DNA from: Faecousia sp.
GTDB taxonomy: Bacteria > Bacillota > Clostridia > Oscillospirales > Oscillospiraceae
DNA: 64,000 bases
Assembly: GCA_045654265.1 (NCBI GenBank)
Contig: JAZONA010000033.1
Location: forward strand, 3,125 to 67,124
Direction of reading: 5' to 3'
Positions 59,280 through 64,000 of the stretch are shown here, in pieces. Under the pieces are notes generated by a model. That model did not search any database, was not told the origin of the DNA, and worked only from the letters and a program-made list of their open reading frames with translations. Both the position numbers and the translations under genes were made by a program. The first letter of the stretch is position 1; every line of letters starts with the position of its first letter.

Positions 59280-60253
59280 CATCCTTTGTTCACATTTAAG
59301 CCAAATTCGTATATCTGGTCAACAGAGTAGTCTTCCATGAAGCGTTTTGCCGATCTAATCGTACCGGAAAAGTACCCTTTGTTTTCTTTTCCATAGAAAT
59401 TGATTTCAGTGGGGACTGATTCATTTGGATCAGCATATATCTCTTGAACATATATGGTTTTTTTTGCGGTTATCCTTTTGGAGATTACGATCCTTTTTTC
59501 ATTACCGGAGGAATCGGTCACGAAATATTCTGTAGCATTCTTAATAGGATGGTGGACTTTGTTGGTAATGACATAGTTGGACTGCGTACTAAAATGCTTA
59601 AGGCGATTGATATTGGCACGATAGCTTGCTTTGGAGCAGAGGTACATCTTTGCATATTTGGAAGCTGTGTAGCATTTTATTGCGTTGTTCTCGCTATCTT
59701 CGTCAAGGGTTTGTTCCAGTCCGGTGAGAAATGCAAATTTGTATGAATCCCCACTCCATACCACCATATAGCCGTTCATGCAGGCTGGGTAAGTTGGTTC
59801 ATACAGGCAGGAAAGGTCGGGGATGCGGAGTTTACCGGTGCCGTCGTGCCCTGCCTCCAGGATGGATTGAAGCTCCCGATTTGTAAGAGTTCCGGATAGA
59901 ATATCGTTCCTCATTTCGTTGACAGAGTGAAAGTATGCGCGGAATTTCTCACCGCATAACAGGAGATCTGATGAGCCAGAAGGATCATAATAAGTCTTGC
60001 TGCGGTCGTGCATCGTTATATAATATTCTCCGTTGGTGCAGCTCAGTGTGTAATGTTCTGTAGTTAAGGTGAAATTGTTCTTTCTGCAGGATAAAGGGGA
60101 GAATACTGCGATCAGAATAATTGCCACAGCCGCAGCGGTCGCTCCGAGCGTTATCCATAGGGGAGGACGCTTTTTTGGCATGTGATGATTGGCTTCTTCG
60201 ATGTATGCTTCGTTGATCTCGCCAAAAGCATCAAATAGTGCGTGATCTTTCAT
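59279..60253 (-). CDS. Putative anti-sigma factor (single TM, large ectodomain)
   Basis: LFDAFGEINEAYIEEA N-terminus, a TM, and overlap with the ECF sigma stop codon. Confidence 0.7.
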   Translation of the reverse strand: MKDHALFDAFGEINEAYIEEANHHMPKKRPPLWITLGATAAAVAIILIAVFSPLSCRKNNFTLTTEHYTLSCTNGEYYITMHDRSKTYYDPSGSSDLLLCGEKFRAYFHSVNEMRNDILSGTLTNRELQSILEAGHDGTGKLRIPDLSCLYEPTYPACMNGYMVVWSGDSYKFAFLTGLEQTLDEDSENNAIKCYTASKYAKMYLCSKASYRANINRLKHFSTQSNYVITNKVHHPIKNATEYFVTDSSGNEKRIVISKRITAKKTIYVQEIYADPNESVPTEINFYGKENKGYFSGTIRSAKRFMEDYSVDQIYEFGLNVNKG

Positions 60254-60810
60254 AGCGCAATACTCCTTTCAGTAAGATATTCTTTCAATTTTCTCCGCAG
60301 GCGGGTTAGGGTCATGGATATGGAACTCTCGGACTGTTGACATGCCTTGGCAATATCGGATATGGAGTCTGCGTACCAATACCGCCTGATCATTATGTAT
60401 CTTTTCCGGTAGGGAAGTGTGGCAAGAAAGTGATTCAGCGTTTGCGTAACTTCCTTACGAGCCAACTCTGATTCTACGGTTTGTGGGTCTGGGATGCATT
60501 GGGAAAGTTCTTCGAGAACCAGAGTAATTGCGCTGGCACCACGTTTTTGGGTATGCTCATCCCGGTATTTATTGAAGGCTGTGTTTCGGGTAATTTTTCC
60601 GATAAAGGTAGCCAAATTTTTCGGTTGATGCGGCGGGATGGAATTCCATAGCTTTAAGTATGAATCATTTACACATTCTTCTGTGTCTTGGGGGTCGCCG
60701 AGGATGTTTTTGGCAATTTGGGAGCAATAATTGCCGTATTTTTTGGATACTGCTTCGATGGCTTCCTGATTACGATCGAGAAACATTTCAATGATTGCAT
60801 TGTCTTCCAC
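60250..60810 (-). CDS. ECF RNA polymerase sigma factor
   Basis: Region 2 DTEECVNDSYLKLW, region 4 RRYWY..SISDIA...L.RLR.KL; GTG start. Confidence 0.9.
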   Translation of the reverse strand: MEDNAIIEMFLDRNQEAIEAVSKKYGNYCSQIAKNILGDPQDTEECVNDSYLKLWNSIPPHQPKNLATFIGKITRNTAFNKYRDEHTQKRGASAITLVLEELSQCIPDPQTVESELARKEVTQTLNHFLATLPYRKRYIMIRRYWYADSISDIAKACQQSESSISMTLTRLRRKLKEYLTERSIAL

Positions 60811-60948
60811 AAGATCACCCCTTTTCTATATACACCCGAATATTGTGAAAATCTAACACAATTTTACGGTATTTTTCGTTCTTTGGCAATATTGCAAAAT
60901 GGTTCTGCCTGTGATATATTAAAAGAAATTTAATTAGGGGGTAATATT

Positions 60949-61716
60949 ATGCAAGAAATGGATCTTCAGTACCACATTCACTGTAAGGAAGGAGACGTAG
61001 GTCGCTACGTGTTCCTGCCCGGCGACCCCGGCCGTTGTGAGGCTATCGCCGCTCATTTTGACAATCCCGTGCATATCGGCATGAACCGGGAGTACAATAT
61101 CTACACCGGTTATTTGCTGGGAGAAAAGGTGTCCGTTTGCTCTACCGGCATCGGCGGCCCCTCCGCGTCTATCGCTATGGAGGAGCTGAAAAATGTTGGC
61201 GCCGATACCTTTATTCGTGTGGGTACCTGCGGTGGTATCGCTCTGGATGTTCTGCCTGGTGACGTGATCGTTGCCACCGGTGCCATCCGTTATGAGCATA
61301 CCTCTTTGGAGTATGCACCCATTGAGTTTCCCGCTGTGCCGGACTTTGATGTGACTGCTGCTTTGAAGGCCGCTTCCGAGGATCTGGGTTATCGCACCCA
61401 TGTGGGCGTTGTCCAGTGCAAGGATGCTTTCTACGGTCAGCACAGCCCGGAGAAGTCCCCGGTGTACTATGACTTGCTTCAGAAGTGGGAATCCTGGAAG
61501 CGCCTGGGCGTGAAGGCCAGTGAAATGGAGTCTGCGGCACTGTTCGTGGTGGCTTCTGCTCTGGGTGTTCGCTGCGGCAGTTGCTTCCACGCAGTTTGGA
61601 ATCAGGAGCGTGAGAAGCTGGGCATGGAAATGCCCATGACCGAGGATACCAGCGGTGCGATTCTGGTTGGTATCGAGGCAATGAAGCGGATCATTGCGGC
61701 GGACAAGGCTCGCTGA
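60949..61716 (+). CDS. udp: Uridine phosphorylase
   Basis: [39 protein letters not shown]. Confidence 0.92.
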   Translation: MQEMDLQYHIHCKEGDVGRYVFLPGDPGRCEAIAAHFDNPVHIGMNREYNIYTGYLLGEKVSVCSTGIGGPSASIAMEELKNVGADTFIRVGTCGGIALDVLPGDVIVATGAIRYEHTSLEYAPIEFPAVPDFDVTAALKAASEDLGYRTHVGVVQCKDAFYGQHSPEKSPVYYDLLQKWESWKRLGVKASEMESAALFVVASALGVRCGSCFHAVWNQEREKLGMEMPMTEDTSGAILVGIEAMKRIIAADKAR

Positions 61717-61734
61717 TCCGAAAGGAGTAATGTT

Positions 61735-63528
61735 ATGAGTGAGATACGCAAGCGCTCTGAGATCCCGGTTGCGGATACCTGGGCGATTGAGGATCTTTAT
61801 GAAAATGATGGTCTGTGGGAGCAGGAGCTGTCTACTCTGGATGCAGACCGGGAGGCGTTGGTTGCCGATAAGGGGCACTTGGCGGATGGCGCCGAGGCGC
61901 TTTATCATCATCTTTACCTTGGGGAGATGACCAATGTGAAGATTCATCAGCTGGCGGATTATTGCATGCGTCGTGCTGATGAGGATACCCGCAATGCCAC
62001 TTATCAGGCGATGGTGGGCAGGCTGATGAATGCAGCGGTGTCTTTGGATGCGGCCATCAGCTTTGAAACCCCGGAAATTATGGATATCCCTGAGGAAAAG
62101 CTGGAGGCTTTTTATCAGACGTATCCGGCATTGGAGCGGTATCGCCGGTACTTGACTGATGTGCGTCGCCGCAAGGAGCATATTCTCTCTGCCCAGGAGG
62201 AAAAACTTCTGGCTGCAGCAGGGGAGATGGGGCAGGCACCCAGTAATATTTTTGGCAGCTTCCTCAATGCTGATCTGAAATTCCCCGATGCTGAGGATGG
62301 GGATGGCGTTAAGAAGCCCTTGACCCAGGCAACCTTCATTACCTATCAGGAAAGTCCTGACCGTAAGCTTCGTAAGAGCGCTTATGAGAATGTTTACAGC
62401 ACACTGGCAAGCTTTCAGAATACCTCTGCGGCAATTCTCAATGCCCAGGGCAAGCAGTTGCAGTTTAATGCCGATGCCCGGCATTACGATTCGGCGCTGG
62501 AGGCATCGTTGGATGAGAATAATGTGCCCACATCTGTGTACCTGAATCTCATCGATGCCGTCCACCAGAATATGGACAAGATGCATCGGTATGTGGCTTT
62601 GCGCAAGAAGCTGCTGGGTGTTGATGAACTGCGCTTTTACGATGTGTATGCCCATCTGGTTCCGGACGTGGACAAGAAAATTGCCTTCGAGGACGCCAAG
62701 AAGAATGTGTACGATTCTCTGGCTCCCATGGGGGAGGCATACCGCCGCATCCTGCAGGAGGGTTTTGACAATCGCTGGATCGATGTTTATCCCAATGAGG
62801 GCAAGCGGGCCGGCGCCTATTCCTCCGGTGCTAGGAAGCATCCTTTTGTGCTGCTGAACTATACCGGCACTTTGGATAGCCAGTTTACCCTTGCCCACGA
62901 AATGGGTCATGCCATTCATTCGTATCTTTCCAATAATACGCAGAATCCCATTGATGCCCAGTATGCTATTTTTGTGGCTGAAGTGGCTTCCACCTGCAAC
63001 GAAGCATTGCTGATGGAGCATCTGCTGAAGCAGACCACAGATAAGACCGAACGGGCATACCTGATCAACCATTTCCTGGAACAGTTCAAGGGAACCATCT
63101 ACCGTCAGGTGATGTTTGCAGAATTTGAACTGTTTATGGGCAAGATGATTGGGGAAGGCAAGACCCTCACAGCGGATGTGCTGTGTCAGGAGTACCGCCG
63201 CCTGAATGAGCTGTATTTCGGCGCTGAAATGGTTGTGGATGACCACATTGCTATGGAGTGGGCGAGAATTCCCCATTTCTATTTCAATTATTATGTGTTC
63301 CAGTATGCCACCGGCTATTCTGCTGCCATTGCACTGTCACGACGGATTCTGTCCGGCGAGGAAGGCGCTGTGGAGGACTACCTGCGGTTCCTTTCCGGAG
63401 GCTGCAGCAAGAGTCCCATCGAGCTGCTCAAGGATGCAGGCGTGGACATGACCGGCCCTGAGCCTGTCAATCAGGCGCTGGCGTTGTTTGACGAGCTGCT
63501 GGATGAGATGGAAGCGCTGATGGGGTGA
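61735..63528 (+). CDS. pepF: Oligoendopeptidase F
   Basis: RWIDVY...GKR.GAYS, TLAHEMGH, AEVAST.NE, WARIPHF..YYV.QYATG. Confidence 0.95.
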   Translation: MSEIRKRSEIPVADTWAIEDLYENDGLWEQELSTLDADREALVADKGHLADGAEALYHHLYLGEMTNVKIHQLADYCMRRADEDTRNATYQAMVGRLMNAAVSLDAAISFETPEIMDIPEEKLEAFYQTYPALERYRRYLTDVRRRKEHILSAQEEKLLAAAGEMGQAPSNIFGSFLNADLKFPDAEDGDGVKKPLTQATFITYQESPDRKLRKSAYENVYSTLASFQNTSAAILNAQGKQLQFNADARHYDSALEASLDENNVPTSVYLNLIDAVHQNMDKMHRYVALRKKLLGVDELRFYDVYAHLVPDVDKKIAFEDAKKNVYDSLAPMGEAYRRILQEGFDNRWIDVYPNEGKRAGAYSSGARKHPFVLLNYTGTLDSQFTLAHEMGHAIHSYLSNNTQNPIDAQYAIFVAEVASTCNEALLMEHLLKQTTDKTERAYLINHFLEQFKGTIYRQVMFAEFELFMGKMIGEGKTLTADVLCQEYRRLNELYFGAEMVVDDHIAMEWARIPHFYFNYYVFQYATGYSAAIALSRRILSGEEGAVEDYLRFLSGGCSKSPIELLKDAGVDMTGPEPVNQALALFDELLDEMEALMG

Positions 63529-63532
63529 TGGG

Positions 63533-63799
63533 ATGGAAGAATTATTTATTCCCACTCTGCACACCTTCGCTATGAAGAATCCCTTCACTGGTTCCAAGGG
63601 AATGCTGCGGTTTCGGATTGTACCCAATGTGGTGATGAAAACACCCAAGGAAGTGGATTTTGAAGCCAGCTCCATTCATGTGGAATATTGGCGCGGCCTT
63701 TTCTGCTATGAAAAGAGCGAAATGGAAGGGGAAAGTGATTTTCCTATGACGGAAGAGGGCAGGGAAGAGATGCGCACCTGGCTTCTGTCAAAAGAATGA
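63533..63799 (+). CDS. Small hypothetical protein (88 aa)
   Basis: Directly after pepF and followed by a terminator; normal composition. Confidence 0.75.
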   Translation: MEELFIPTLHTFAMKNPFTGSKGMLRFRIVPNVVMKTPKEVDFEASSIHVEYWRGLFCYEKSEMEGESDFPMTEEGREEMRTWLLSKE

Positions 63800-63818
63800 T
63801 AAATTTTCTGTGAATATT

Positions 63819-63857
63819 GTCCAGTCATTTTTCCTGAAAATGACTGGACTTTTTTTG
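63819..63857 (+). terminator. Intrinsic terminator
   Basis: GTCCAGTCATTTT-loop-AAAATGACTGGAC plus T run. Confidence 0.85.
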
Positions 63858-63939
63858 TACAATTTGATAAAATATACCATAGGTTAGTCTGGGTTGTAAT
63901 ACCCGGAAAAAAGTAACCGAACAAGAATGGAGGTAAACA

Positions 63940-64000
63940 ATGAAAACGTACATCCAAAGAATCATTGGTTTGGTACTGGCGCTGGCAATCATTGCTGGTT
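63940..64000 (+). CDS. 5' end of an exported or membrane protein (partial)
   Basis: RBS GGAGGT, MKTYIQRIIGLVLALAIIAG, running off the window. Confidence 0.75.
   Translation, partial: MKTYIQRIIGLVLALAIIAG

Noticed and set aside
60843-60861. Rex-box-like TTGTGAAAATCTAACACAA
   Set aside because: Spacing is one base too long and the right arm is poor; it overlaps a possible ECF promoter.
60934-63276. 780-aa minus-strand ORF opposite udp/pepF (likewise 803-2110, 20794-22239, 23119-24960)
   Set aside because: Antisense shadows of well-supported genes with no family motifs.

Overview
Core-chromosome window from a spore-forming Clostridia-class Firmicute, most likely Oscillospiraceae-like (inferred from gene content and protein style, not proven). 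It carries thiI-cinA-gtrA, an FtsX-type ABC exporter, an 8-gene shikimate/Phe/Tyr operon, an atypical membrane Ser/Thr kinase facing a Zn-ribbon/Ig protein, ispE-spoIIR, addBA, spoVAD-spoVAE, cell-wall enzymes, ireB, T-box-controlled pheST, an rsgA paralog plus GNAT, rarA, spoIIGA-sigE, a rex-like gene, a stand-alone YcaO, glnS, pyrH-frr-uppS-cdsA-dxr-rseP-ispG-polC, an ECF sigma/anti-sigma pair, udp and pepF. I saw no rRNA, tRNA, CRISPR array or mobile element. The best signals are three tiny ORFs missing from the ORF track. (1) A 21-aa Phe/Tyr-rich leader peptide with a complete set of attenuator pairings precedes the aromatic operon; this is ribosome-mediated attenuation in a lineage that usually uses T-boxes. 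(2) A 47-aa microprotein that is 83% Asn/Gln has its own forespore-type promoter after spoVAE. (3) A 9-aa uORF and structured leader precede the rsgA-paralog/GNAT pair. Gene names come from recognising motifs by eye; no database search was run.
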